A stretch of 62,413 bases of DNA from positions 1-62,413 of the forward strand of contig JAVVPN010000006.1 in NCBI GenBank assembly GCA_036655755.1, in the 5' to 3' direction. Origin of the DNA: Bacteroidales bacterium. Lineage in GTDB: Bacteria > Bacteroidota > Bacteroidia > Bacteroidales > JAUNSR01. The stretch's first letter is position 1. Each line of letters opens with the position of its first letter. A program made the translations under genes and the position numbers. The notes beneath the pieces were generated by a model. That model saw only the letters and a program-made list of their open reading frames with translations, searched no databases and was not told where the DNA came from. Below are positions 9,691 to 18,674 of this stretch, piece after piece.

Positions 9691-10596
9691 ATGCAAACCA
9701 AGCCTCTTTTACTCTTTATATTTCTTTTTTCAATTCTCTCCTCATCATTCAGTCAAAACAAGAAGACTGAGCAAATGAGCGAAGAAGAATTATTTATTCA
9801 GCAGAATTTTCCGGTCAAATCTCCCGGTAAATGGAAACCGGGGGAACCTTTTATATATATCAGCCCCTCTCTAAATATTACACTTAAGCCGGAGAAACCG
9901 ATTCTAAACGATACAACGAATTACCAGAATCTCCTTTTTGAGTTTTCTCAATTTAAGCAACAAACTGACTGGAATGGCAATTCCACTTTAGATCTGATTT
10001 TTGAAGCTGACGGCAGAAAGTTTCGATTTGAAACCGCCAAAACTCTTGAGCAAATTTCAGACACCGGATACAATCCGCTGATAGCCGGACTTATATGGTT
10101 ACCCGAAATCGAGAAAGCCGATTCATTATTGAAAGGAAAAACCTTTTATATCCTTACGTCAGAATGGAAAAGTGACCAGGAAGAATTGCTTAAAGAAGCC
10201 CGGAAATTTGTAGCCGTAGAGATTGTTGCCGTAAAACCCGGCGACGAATACACTCCTGTAACCGTTATCTTTAAAAATCAGCAAGGTCATTTATTTTCGA
10301 TTGGCACTACGCTATCGGGCACTCTCAATGCGGCCTCTCGTTTTAAGTTTCACCGAATTTTTTCAGTCAGCGATCCTCGTCTAAAATACAAAGATATCAG
10401 TGATGAAAACTGGCAACTGATTACCGAAGGAAATTTAGCAAATGGGATGACCCAAGCCGAAGTTCGCCTTTCAATTGGCAAACCAACTGAAATAAACAGA
10501 ATTCCCACTTATTCGGGTCTGCGTGAACAATGGCTTTATAATAGCGGCACCATGATCTCTTTTCAGGATGGTCGTATTACAAATTTCCGAAAATAA
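9691..10596 (+). CDS. Exported hypothetical protein with C-terminal SmpA/BamE- or DUF2845-like domain
   Basis: Signal peptide; C-terminus GMTQAEVRLSIGKP...EQWLY...FQDGRI. Confidence 0.7.
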   Translation: MQTKPLLLFIFLFSILSSSFSQNKKTEQMSEEELFIQQNFPVKSPGKWKPGEPFIYISPSLNITLKPEKPILNDTTNYQNLLFEFSQFKQQTDWNGNSTLDLIFEADGRKFRFETAKTLEQISDTGYNPLIAGLIWLPEIEKADSLLKGKTFYILTSEWKSDQEELLKEARKFVAVEIVAVKPGDEYTPVTVIFKNQQGHLFSIGTTLSGTLNAASRFKFHRIFSVSDPRLKYKDISDENWQLITEGNLANGMTQAEVRLSIGKPTEINRIPTYSGLREQWLYNSGTMISFQDGRITNFRK

Positions 10597-10616
10597 TTTT
10601 TCTAATAAACAAAATT

Positions 10617-11285
10617 ATGCGCAAAGCAGAACGTTATAAGCACATTATAGAATGGTTCATCCGGAATATGCCGGATGCTGAAACAGAATTACATTATACC
10701 AATCCGTATGAATTGCTGGTGGCAGTGATTTTATCAGCACAATGTACAGATAAACGAGTAAATTTGATCACGCCCGAATTATTCCGGGCCTTCCCTACTC
10801 CACAGAAGATGGCAGACGCACCTGTTGATGAAATTTTTGAATACATCCGGTCTGTGTCTTACCCAAACAATAAAAGCAAACATCTTGTTGGCATGGCCCG
10901 TATGCTTGTCGATGAATTTAACGGCGAAATCCCATCTGACCAGAAAGAATTACAAAGATTACCCGGCGTTGGTCGTAAAACAGCTAATGTAGTCGCGTCC
11001 GTGGTATTCCATAAACCGGCAATGGCTGTAGATACCCATGTTTTCCGTGTATCAAACCGGATCGGATTAACAACCAATTCTCGGACACCCCTCGAAACGG
11101 AAAAGGAATTAATGAAATACATTCCGGAAGAATTGGTTGCCACTGCCCATCATTGGCTGATTTTACACGGAAGGTACATATGCATGGCCCGATCTCCCAA
11201 ATGCGAAATTTGCGGTATTTCGGAATGGTGCAAATCATATCCCCGCTTTATGAAAGAGCGTTTAAAGAAAATCCGTAAAAAATAA
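10617..11285 (+). CDS. nth: Endonuclease III
   Basis: LSAQCTD, HhH LPGVGRKTANV, VDTHVFRV and the 4Fe-4S motif CMARSPKCEICGISEWC. Confidence 0.97.
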   Translation: MRKAERYKHIIEWFIRNMPDAETELHYTNPYELLVAVILSAQCTDKRVNLITPELFRAFPTPQKMADAPVDEIFEYIRSVSYPNNKSKHLVGMARMLVDEFNGEIPSDQKELQRLPGVGRKTANVVASVVFHKPAMAVDTHVFRVSNRIGLTTNSRTPLETEKELMKYIPEELVATAHHWLILHGRYICMARSPKCEICGISEWCKSYPRFMKERLKKIRKK

Positions 11286-11333
11286 AAAAGCGATCTCCTT
11301 CTGATTTAACATGAAGGAGATCGCTTTTTTATT
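11281..11333. terminator. Bidirectional terminator
   Basis: AAAAAAGCGATCTCCTTC / GAAGGAGATCGCTTTTTT. Confidence 0.9.
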
Positions 11334-11350
11334 TATCGCAATAGCAGAGT

Positions 11351-11833
11351 TTAGCGTGCATTTTCAAGCAACCATGCATCCTGATACAAGTTGGCAGACG
11401 CATATTTTGCTTTAATACGGTCGCGTTCTTCCGAAGCCTGAGCTTTATCCGGATAGCTGGCCACAATTACACGAAACATTCCTTTTTCATTCTGAGCAAG
11501 AAAAGCATTAAAACCTTTCTCAATCATCTGATCTCTCAAAGCGGTAGCATTCGTCTTATTAATAAAGCTGCCAATTACCACGCTGTATTTTTTCAAGTTA
11601 TATGCATCCTCTGAATTCACAGCTGTTACTTTCTCTGTAGTCACGGCTGCTCCCGAATGTTTAGCGGACGGAGTTTTCAAAACCTGCTCCTCTTCTACTT
11701 CTTCTACAGCAGAAACCACTTCTTTTGGTTTTGCTTTTTCATAAGCAGCTTTATAAGCACTTTGTTTTGATTTACAAGAGCCGAATGTAAGCAACATCCC
11801 TGCTGCCATTACAAATGCAAATACTTTTCTCAT
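11351..11833 (-). CDS. SPOR-domain lipoprotein
   Basis: Lipobox FGSC; C-terminal YSVVIGSF...NA...FRVIVASY...DAWLL. Confidence 0.88.
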   Translation of the reverse strand: MRKVFAFVMAAGMLLTFGSCKSKQSAYKAAYEKAKPKEVVSAVEEVEEEQVLKTPSAKHSGAAVTTEKVTAVNSEDAYNLKKYSVVIGSFINKTNATALRDQMIEKGFNAFLAQNEKGMFRVIVASYPDKAQASEERDRIKAKYASANLYQDAWLLENAR

Positions 11834-11941
11834 CTTTTTATTAATAATTTATGTTCGTTTTCAACATCTATTCACTTACAAAAATAGTAATTATTTTACT
11901 TATTATAAAACAATATCATAGCTTTGTAAAAATCTTGAGTC

Positions 11942-12793
11942 ATGACAAGTTTAGAACATTCTACTCCTATCAAAGGGCAAATTATGCTGATTGAATCAAT
12001 CGATCAGCAAACCAAGTTGAAGAATGATGGATCCCTTTATAAATTCATTTGGGTTACAGAAGGTTCCTTACAAGGCGAAATTGATAATATTCCCTTTACG
12101 CTTCAACCTCAACAATTAATCACCCTAAGCCCCCATCATCATTTGAAAATTCAGCAGGTGACGGGGAAATATCGTGCACTCTTATTCGATAGTAATTTTT
12201 ATTGTATTTTCGGTCATGATGAAGAAGTATCTTGTAATGGCTTATTATTTACCGGGTCTTCCGAACATAAACAATGGCATCTTTCAGAAGAACAAAACCT
12301 CTTTCTTCGTGAAATCATAAATAAAATAGAAATAGAATTCAGCCAGCAAGACAATTTAAAAGAAGAGATGTTACGGATATTATTGAAGCAATTCATTATT
12401 TTCTGTACACGTTTAGCGCGCAAAAGCTTTACACCGACTCGGGTGAATGAAAAGAATCTCGAAATCATCCGCCAATTTCATGTTTTGATCGATCAGTATT
12501 TCCGTGAGAAACATATGGTACGGGATTATGCTGAATTATTAAATCGTTCGCCTAAGACATTATCAAACTTGTTTGCCACCGCCGGATTGCCATCCCCGTT
12601 GCGCATACTTCATACTCGGATAGAAGCAGAAGCAAAACGACTACTTATTTATACACAAAAAAGTGCAAAAGAAATAGCATTTATTCTTGGCTTTGAAGAT
12701 TTGGCGTCATTCAGCCGATTTTTTTCACATCAAACAGGAGAATCTATCACAGAATACAGAAATAAAAAGAAAAAAGATGAATCACAAAATTGA
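11942..12793 (+). CDS. AraC family transcriptional regulator
   Basis: C-terminal double HTH (YAELLNRSPKTLSNLF; KEIAFILGFEDLASFSRFF); FYCI...VSCNGLLF N-domain with two Cys. TAGCTTTG -7 box at 11919-11926. Confidence 0.93.
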   Translation: MTSLEHSTPIKGQIMLIESIDQQTKLKNDGSLYKFIWVTEGSLQGEIDNIPFTLQPQQLITLSPHHHLKIQQVTGKYRALLFDSNFYCIFGHDEEVSCNGLLFTGSSEHKQWHLSEEQNLFLREIINKIEIEFSQQDNLKEEMLRILLKQFIIFCTRLARKSFTPTRVNEKNLEIIRQFHVLIDQYFREKHMVRDYAELLNRSPKTLSNLFATAGLPSPLRILHTRIEAEAKRLLIYTQKSAKEIAFILGFEDLASFSRFFSHQTGESITEYRNKKKKDESQN

Positions 12794-13523
12794 GATCTGT
12801 GCAAATTCAACAGCTAGTTGTATTGAAGCAGAAAAAGGAGGAGCTTATCGAGTAGAGTTATGCGCTGCCATTCCGGAAGGCGGTACTACCCCGTCGTATG
12901 GCGAAATCATCACGGCGCTCGAAAATACGAATCTGAAGGTAAATGTAATTATTCGTCCCCGTGGTGCTGACTTTCTTTATTCTCGTATAGAGATTGACGC
13001 AATGAAAAAAGACATCCAAATGTGTAAATCACTGGGAGTTAATGGAGTCGTTTTCGGATGTCTTACCCCTGAGGGCGATTTACACATGGAATATATGCAA
13101 GAATTAATGACTGCTGCACAGGGATTATCGGTTACCTGCCATCGTGCATTCGATATGGCACGGGATCCTTTTGATTGTATGGAAAAATTGATTGAACTTG
13201 GTGTAGATCGAATTCTTACGTCGGGCCAACAAACTAGTGCCGAAAAAGGAATTCCTTTATTGAAAAAGCTGATTGAAAAAGCAAATAACCGAATCATCAT
13301 CATGCCGGGATGTGGAATTAATGAAGAAAATATTCAGAAAATAGCGCAAGAAACCGGAGCAACCGAATTACACATGTCACTTCGCTCTCGAATTGAGGGA
13401 GGTATGAAATTCCGTAATCCGGATGTATTGATGGGAGCTTCAGACATGTCTGAATTTTCATTTGACCAAACCGATGCCAATCGCGTCAAGAAAGCATGCC
13501 AAGCACTCGGTTATAATGATTAA
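12777..13523 (+). CDS. cutC: CutC family protein
   Basis: Start MNHKIEICAN at 12777. Motifs RVELC, GGTTPS, IRPRGADF, HRAFD, RILTSG and MPGCGI. Confidence 0.93.
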   Translation: MNHKIEICANSTASCIEAEKGGAYRVELCAAIPEGGTTPSYGEIITALENTNLKVNVIIRPRGADFLYSRIEIDAMKKDIQMCKSLGVNGVVFGCLTPEGDLHMEYMQELMTAAQGLSVTCHRAFDMARDPFDCMEKLIELGVDRILTSGQQTSAEKGIPLLKKLIEKANNRIIIMPGCGINEENIQKIAQETGATELHMSLRSRIEGGMKFRNPDVLMGASDMSEFSFDQTDANRVKKACQALGYND

Positions 13524-13534
13524 TTGATATAAAA

Positions 13535-13599
13535 GGAAGTATTGCCAACTAAAGTAGGAATATTGCTATTTTCAAACCATTAAAATGAGCTGATCTTTG
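13535..13599 (+). promoter_or_regulatory. Putative AraC-activated promoter (direct repeats plus a weak -7 box)
   Basis: GGAAGTATTGC (13535-13545) and AGGAATATTGC (13556-13566), with TATTGC cores 21 bp apart. Non-consensus -7 box GATCTTTG at 13592-13599. Confidence 0.5.
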
Positions 13600-13635
13600 T
13601 ATCATTAAAATACATCAATTAAATAACTGTACATT

Positions 13636-14226
13636 ATGAACAAGATCTCACACCTTTTTAATTCATTTCTGGAAATAGCAGCCTCATCCCAAAAATTAGG
13701 TATTAATTTAATTCGAATATCTATTCTGGTTATATTTGTTTGGATCGGCGGATTAAAGTTCTGGAATTATGAAGCCGAAGGTATTGTGCCTTTTGTTGCC
13801 AATAGCCCTTTCATGAGTTTTTTCTATAACAATTCGGCGCCCGAATACAAAGAGTATAAATTGAAAGAGGGCGAATTTAATGCTGAAAAGCACGAATGGC
13901 ATGTACAGAATAATACCTATGGATTTTCTCACGGATTGGGCATTCTTATCATGGCGATTGGTATTCTGACATTTCTGGGTATATTCTTTCCAAAAGTGGG
14001 TGTAGTTGGTGCTACTTTAGCCATCATTATGACTCTTGGCACACTTTCGTTTCTGGTAACTACTCCCGAAGTATGGGTGCCTGACCTTGGAAGCGGCGAG
14101 CATGGATTCCCGCTTTTAACGGGAGCCGGCAGACTTGTCATTAAAGATACCGCCATTCTTGCGGGTGCTTTGGTTGCACTATCCGACTCAGCCAAATCTT
14201 TACTTCAAAAGAAATCTGCTTATTAA
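13636..14226 (+). CDS. DUF417 family inner membrane protein (YkgB/RclC-like)
   Basis: WIGGLKF..YEAEGIVPFVANSPFMSFFY, TLSFLVTTPE and GRLVIKD. Confidence 0.92.
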   Translation: MNKISHLFNSFLEIAASSQKLGINLIRISILVIFVWIGGLKFWNYEAEGIVPFVANSPFMSFFYNNSAPEYKEYKLKEGEFNAEKHEWHVQNNTYGFSHGLGILIMAIGILTFLGIFFPKVGVVGATLAIIMTLGTLSFLVTTPEVWVPDLGSGEHGFPLLTGAGRLVIKDTAILAGALVALSDSAKSLLQKKSAY

Positions 14227-14355
14227 AAATTAATCCGACGCCTGTACTTCAGCGTGTTTCCCATGAAGCACAGATGTGTTCCCCAGGAGGGAATGACGGT
14301 GTCTAATAATTAATCTTTTAGTACTCATCCGGCATGAATGAGATGGGACTAATTT
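14227..14355 (+). ncRNA. Candidate structured ncRNA, possibly 6S/Bacteroidales-1-like
   Basis: GC-richer island between convergent genes. The ends pair (14227-14236 with 14346-14355, 9/10) and there are internal hairpins. The family resemblance is from memory only. Confidence 0.35.
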
Positions 14356-14360
14356 ATAAA

Positions 14361-14401
14361 ACAAAAGGGATGGATCAGATATGCTGAGACCATCCCTTTG
14401 T
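14361..14401. terminator. Bidirectional terminator hairpin
   Basis: AAAGGGATGG / CCATCCCTTT stem with an inner TCAG/CTGA pairing. Confidence 0.75.
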
Positions 14402-14433
14402 CGTAATATAATTACTAATGAAAATGATTGGTG

Positions 14434-14928
14434 TTATGCTCTTTGTTCATTCCATATTGCAGGTTGTACTGCTACAAACTGAAAAGGTACATATTCCATC
14501 GGTTGTGCCAACACACAATAATTTTGAGAAGTACAATACATGACTACCATGATTGCCGCGCGACTATTGGGTATTTGAGGTGGCAATAAATCGGAATCGC
14601 CTTTTATCAAGGCTTCTAATGCCCGATTCTTATCTTTAGGGTTAAAATAGAGTTCCTTGCGAATCAATTGCTCACCGGTAGATTTATAGTAGAACGCTTT
14701 TCTTGGCACTATTAATCCAACTGCTCCTGCTACAATAAAACTGAATCCAAGAACCCATAACCCGGTTACGAGGTTCATTTTATCCATCAATGCCGGAGAA
14801 TAGGCAAAGAATAAAGAGATAATACCTATTATAAAAAGCAAAATAAAGAGTGTCGGATTTTTTCTTTTACGAATTATTTGATCATTATCGTTACGGATAA
14901 GATCATCGATTGATACTATTTGGTTCAT
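14434..14928 (-). CDS. Hypothetical two-TM membrane protein (paralog of 7507-8004)
   Basis: Same length and topology as the paralog, with a shared KxxGEQ / YxxPxDK pattern. Confidence 0.8.
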   Translation of the reverse strand: MNQIVSIDDLIRNDNDQIIRKRKNPTLFILLFIIGIISLFFAYSPALMDKMNLVTGLWVLGFSFIVAGAVGLIVPRKAFYYKSTGEQLIRKELYFNPKDKNRALEALIKGDSDLLPPQIPNSRAAIMVVMYCTSQNYCVLAQPMEYVPFQFVAVQPAIWNEQRA

Positions 14929-15016
14929 AATATAAAGTATTTAGTAAGTCGTTTTTATTGAATATGAAATCGCTCCCATTTTAATAAATAGATTTATTAA
15001 AACAGAAAAGAATAAT

Positions 15017-15049
15017 AACGATGCTCCTGCCTTTAAAAGGAACAGCGTT
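15017..15049 (-). terminator. Terminator/attenuator-like hairpin between 15067-15483 and 14434-14928
   Basis: Minus strand AACGCTGTTCCT-N9-AGGAGCATCGTT, followed by ATTATTCTTTTCTGTTTT. Confidence 0.5.
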
Positions 15050-15066
15050 GAACATAAAACTGACTA

Positions 15067-15483
15067 CTAAATAATTAACCGACGTAAAGCATAAACATAA
15101 TATGCTTTAGGTGCACCCGGATGAGGATTTCCGGATAAGGGTTGAAGAAGATAAGGCCGTTTGGGTGAAGACTGACATATAAAACCGTCCTTCAATAAAA
15201 GCTTATTCAGATTAAGCAACGGACCGCCCGACAACAACCTGAAAGAGGTTGTATTGGTTTTCAGTCGTGGCAATAAAGGAAGATTAAAAAGGGTATTCTG
15301 GTAGCTATATAAAATTTCTTCCGTTGAATCGGGATAAGAAAAATGATTGGAAGAATTAAAGCCAGACTCTTCTTCTACAGATAAATTCTGTAGAAAAGCA
15401 ATCTGTCTTTCCTCATTTTTATAATATCCTGAAATCAGATATATGAGAAAGAAGAAAATAATATAGCAAGTCTTTTTAATCAT
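15067..15483 (-). CDS. Hypothetical protein with N-terminal signal/TM segment and C-terminal YYVYALRRLII motif
   Basis: 138-aa ORF with a hydrophobic N-terminus, low-complexity middle and Pro-rich stretch before the terminal motif. TACCTTCG -7-like box at 15504-15511. Confidence 0.7.
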   Translation of the reverse strand: MIKKTCYIIFFFLIYLISGYYKNEERQIAFLQNLSVEEESGFNSSNHFSYPDSTEEILYSYQNTLFNLPLLPRLKTNTTSFRLLSGGPLLNLNKLLLKDGFICQSSPKRPYLLQPLSGNPHPGAPKAYYVYALRRLII

Positions 15484-15622
15484 AATCTCCTATAAATACT
15501 TAACGAAGGTACATTCTTTAATGACTCATTATTCGTTATTCTGCTACTATTTATGTCCCATATTAATTAAATAACGTTAATCATATTTGACATCATGCAT
15601 ATAGCTATTTTATCTTTGCATT

Positions 15623-16012
15623 ATGGCAAAAAAGAAGATAGAAGTTAAAATGATTAGTTGGGGTATCTATACTCAATGGAATCGTAATTCGAAAGAACTC
15701 CCCCGTATTCAGAAATTCACACAACATATTCCGGCAACCATCGATATTGAATTCGGATATATCCTGCACATCACCGGCGCAAAAGGTGAACAGGTAGAAT
15801 TTATAATGAAACATCCCCCCTTTACGGATGAAAAAGGGGTAATACGGCCTGATTTCGAAGGGTCTTATTTTATCAATTCGAATGACTGGAAGTTTTTTCT
15901 GGGAGATACGATCTGGGCTCCCGTAGAAGATAAGTGCGGAGAATGGATACTGATCACTTATCTCCAGGGGAAAGAGATTGCCCGGAAAGTGTTTACGATA
16001 AAAACCGAATGA
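15623..16012 (+). CDS. DUF3859 domain protein
   Basis: MAKKK...SWGIYTQW...EFGYILHI...HPPF...NDWKFFLGDTIW..DKCGEW pattern. TATCTTTG box at 15611-15618. Confidence 0.8.
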   Translation: MAKKKIEVKMISWGIYTQWNRNSKELPRIQKFTQHIPATIDIEFGYILHITGAKGEQVEFIMKHPPFTDEKGVIRPDFEGSYFINSNDWKFFLGDTIWAPVEDKCGEWILITYLQGKEIARKVFTIKTE

Positions 16013-17929
16013 TTATTCTATGGTATCCGTCAGATCATATACTTTTCCTTGTGTTTCGATATGCTGATATAGTTTTTTATAAAAATGGTGATGCATCAAT
16101 GTGGCTGCATCACCCAGAATGATCAATTTCATACGGGCACGGGTAATGGCTACATTCATGCGACGCAAATCATTCAGGAATCCGATTTTACCCTCTTCAT
16201 TCCCTCTTACCATACTGATAAGAATCACGTCGCGCTCTTGCCCCTGAAAGCCATCAACTGTATTTACAGTGATCTGTTTTCGGAAACGACGAAAAAAAGG
16301 AGCGTGCTTGATCAATGAGCGCAAGTAATATACCTGCGATTTATATGGGGAAATAATTCCGAAATCAATACGCTCCTCCAGAATACGCTCTACTCCTGTA
16401 CGCTCCATATATTCGCGCAACAATTGAATCAACAGCTCTGCTTCTTTCTTATTTAACCGGCTCAACGAGTGCGAAGACTCCTCTTCCTTAAAATTCAAGG
16501 CCTCCGTATTATACCATACCATTGGATAATCGAGCGAAAGTATGGTGCGCTTCCCGATTTCAGGAGATGCCGACAACGCTCCGGCATAAAACCAATCGGA
16601 CGAAAATTGCATAATCGATTCGTGCATTCGATACTGCATCGTAAGTAAAGAAACGACTTCGGGCTTTAGCGTGGCTATGCGTTGCATCAAGGTTGTAGAT
16701 AACCCTTTCTTCGCCGCTTCGAAACATTTTACGGTTGGCGGTAACTGACAATGGTCGCCTGCCAGAATCACCCGGTCTGCTTTCTGTATGGCAATCCAAC
16801 AGGCAGCTTCGAGTGCCTGCGCTGCTTCATCTATGAATAATGTTGGAAAATGACGGTGGCTCAGTATCTTATTCGACGCTCCGACCAATGTAGAAGCAAC
16901 TACCCGGGTTTCAGAAAATATAGCATTTTCAATGCGTATTTCCAGTTCGGTAGCTCGGCTCCGTAATTTGTAAAGCCGGTTTCGCAACGACTCGTTTCGT
17001 TCGCTGCCTTTTCTTAACTGGCTCTGCCCCTCCCGGATTGCTTTTCGTATGCTCCATAATTCCGGATAATCCGGATGCGATTCGAAACGCCTTTCATAGG
17101 TCGATGAAAGCATTTTTTCATTTACACGCATCGGGTTGCCTATGCGCAATACATTAATACCTCGCTCCATCAGCTTTTCGGCAATCCAATCTACCGCCGC
17201 ATTACTTTGAGCACACACCAAGACCTGCGCTTCGCGATGCAGCGTTTCATAAACAGCTTCTACCAACGTGGTTGTTTTACCAGTACCCGGAGGGCCATGC
17301 ACTATTGCTACTTCGCGAGTCGTCAATACCTTTCCTACCGCAGCTTCCTGACTGCGGTTTAACCATGGAAGCCGTACCGGAAATTCATTCCGAAAACCGG
17401 GTTTGATAGAGCCTACCAATGTATCCCGTAAATAGGCGAGCCTGTTGCTTTTAGCTCCCATCACGGTATTGAGTGCGGCAAACATTGCCTGATAAGAAGT
17501 TTCATCAAAATAAAGCTGTACTCCCGGATCTGCTGCGCCTTGTATTTGCTGTAAGGCGGCTACTGAAGGTAATGATATGAGCATCTTGTTGGCATCCACG
17601 AAATGCACTTGCCCTACAAAATTGAAGTAACGAGGCTGGCCCCCCATATCACATTGAAAGAAACATACAGGTCGACCCGGCTCGAGTTCATGTTCGAATT
17701 CGGGATCACCTTGCCGCTCCACCTCAATCAATAACTGATTGAGCGAATTATGGAAAGACTTACCGATAGAAAGAGGATACCAGCATTTACCCTGGCGAAC
17801 ACGTTTTTCTATCCCGTCTAACTTCGTTTGTTTTAAATAGGTTTCTTTTTCAAATTCATATTCCATACGAAGTAAATCCACTTGCAACTGTAAATTCACA
17901 TTCGCAGGTTGTTGGGAGCTCTGCGTCAT
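16013..17929 (-). CDS. Superfamily 1 helicase, Upf1/IGHMBP2-like (AAA_11/AAA_12)
   Basis: HGPPGTGKTTT, CAQSNAAVD, IDEAAQ, GDHCQLPP, QYRM, ISPY, TVDGFQGQE and RRMNVAITRAR. Confidence 0.93.
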   Translation of the reverse strand: MTQSSQQPANVNLQLQVDLLRMEYEFEKETYLKQTKLDGIEKRVRQGKCWYPLSIGKSFHNSLNQLLIEVERQGDPEFEHELEPGRPVCFFQCDMGGQPRYFNFVGQVHFVDANKMLISLPSVAALQQIQGAADPGVQLYFDETSYQAMFAALNTVMGAKSNRLAYLRDTLVGSIKPGFRNEFPVRLPWLNRSQEAAVGKVLTTREVAIVHGPPGTGKTTTLVEAVYETLHREAQVLVCAQSNAAVDWIAEKLMERGINVLRIGNPMRVNEKMLSSTYERRFESHPDYPELWSIRKAIREGQSQLRKGSERNESLRNRLYKLRSRATELEIRIENAIFSETRVVASTLVGASNKILSHRHFPTLFIDEAAQALEAACWIAIQKADRVILAGDHCQLPPTVKCFEAAKKGLSTTLMQRIATLKPEVVSLLTMQYRMHESIMQFSSDWFYAGALSASPEIGKRTILSLDYPMVWYNTEALNFKEEESSHSLSRLNKKEAELLIQLLREYMERTGVERILEERIDFGIISPYKSQVYYLRSLIKHAPFFRRFRKQITVNTVDGFQGQERDVILISMVRGNEEGKIGFLNDLRRMNVAITRARMKLIILGDAATLMHHHFYKKLYQHIETQGKVYDLTDTIE

Positions 17930-17946
17930 ATTGCGTTGTTTTGGTA

Positions 17947-17997
17947 CAAAGATAAGGAGTAAGTAGCTTATATCTCAATCATAATTTTTTATATTTG
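17947..17997. promoter_or_regulatory. Divergent primary-sigma -7 boxes
   Basis: TATCTTTG on minus (17947-17954) and TATATTTG on plus (17990-17997). Confidence 0.7.
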
Positions 17998-18026
17998 CCT
18001 AATATTTTATTAACCGAAAAATCATT

Positions 18027-18674
18027 ATGATTATTAAAAGACTGAATACAGAAAGTGCTTCTATTGGAGAGATTGCCGCAATGATGGCTGACAAAACAAA
18101 CGGTCTGCAAACACTAAATGTTACTCAGATCAACTGGCCCGAAGCTTTCCCATACAAACCGGAAGTAAAAGTTCGTATTGCGCACAATAGCAATGAACTG
18201 CTGCTTCAATATGAAGTGGAAGAAAAATATACAATGGCAAACGTAACCGAAGATAACGGTGAGGTATGGACCGATTCGTGCTGTGAATGCTTTATTTCAT
18301 TTGACGAAACAGGATATTACAACCTGGAAACGACTTGCATCGGAAAAGCTCTTTTTGCATTCCGCCAAAGTCGTGAAAACGCGCATCATGCAGAACCGGA
18401 AATCATGCAGACAATTCGCCGCCACGCTTCATTGGGTACCGAGCCTTTCAGTGAAAAAGTGGGTGAAAACAAATGGAATTTGACGGTTGCCGTGCCGGTT
18501 TCTGCATTCTTCGGACATAAAATAGAGAAACTCGACGGAGTTGAAGCTCGTCTGAATGTTTATAAATGTGGGGATAAACTATCTGTACCACATTTCGTAT
18601 CACTTTATCCGATCAACTTTCCTAAACCGAATTTCCATTTGCCGGAGTTTTTCCAGGCGGTACGATTTGAATAA
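18027..18674 (+). CDS. Carbohydrate-binding family 9-like (DOMON-like) protein
   Basis: INWPEAFPYKP, VWTDSCCECF, YYNLE and NVYKCGD...PNFHLPEFF. Confidence 0.85.
   Translation: MIIKRLNTESASIGEIAAMMADKTNGLQTLNVTQINWPEAFPYKPEVKVRIAHNSNELLLQYEVEEKYTMANVTEDNGEVWTDSCCECFISFDETGYYNLETTCIGKALFAFRQSRENAHHAEPEIMQTIRRHASLGTEPFSEKVGENKWNLTVAVPVSAFFGHKIEKLDGVEARLNVYKCGDKLSVPHFVSLYPINFPKPNFHLPEFFQAVRFE

Noticed and set aside
14964-14973. ATGAAATCGC match to the start of the repeated leader element
   Set aside because: Only 10 bp, antisense to the local genes, and the similarity does not extend.
15623-17929. Helicase plus DUF3859 as an anti-phage defence pair
   Set aside because: The genes are convergent with separate housekeeping promoters, there is no nuclease partner, and there is no island or mobility signature.
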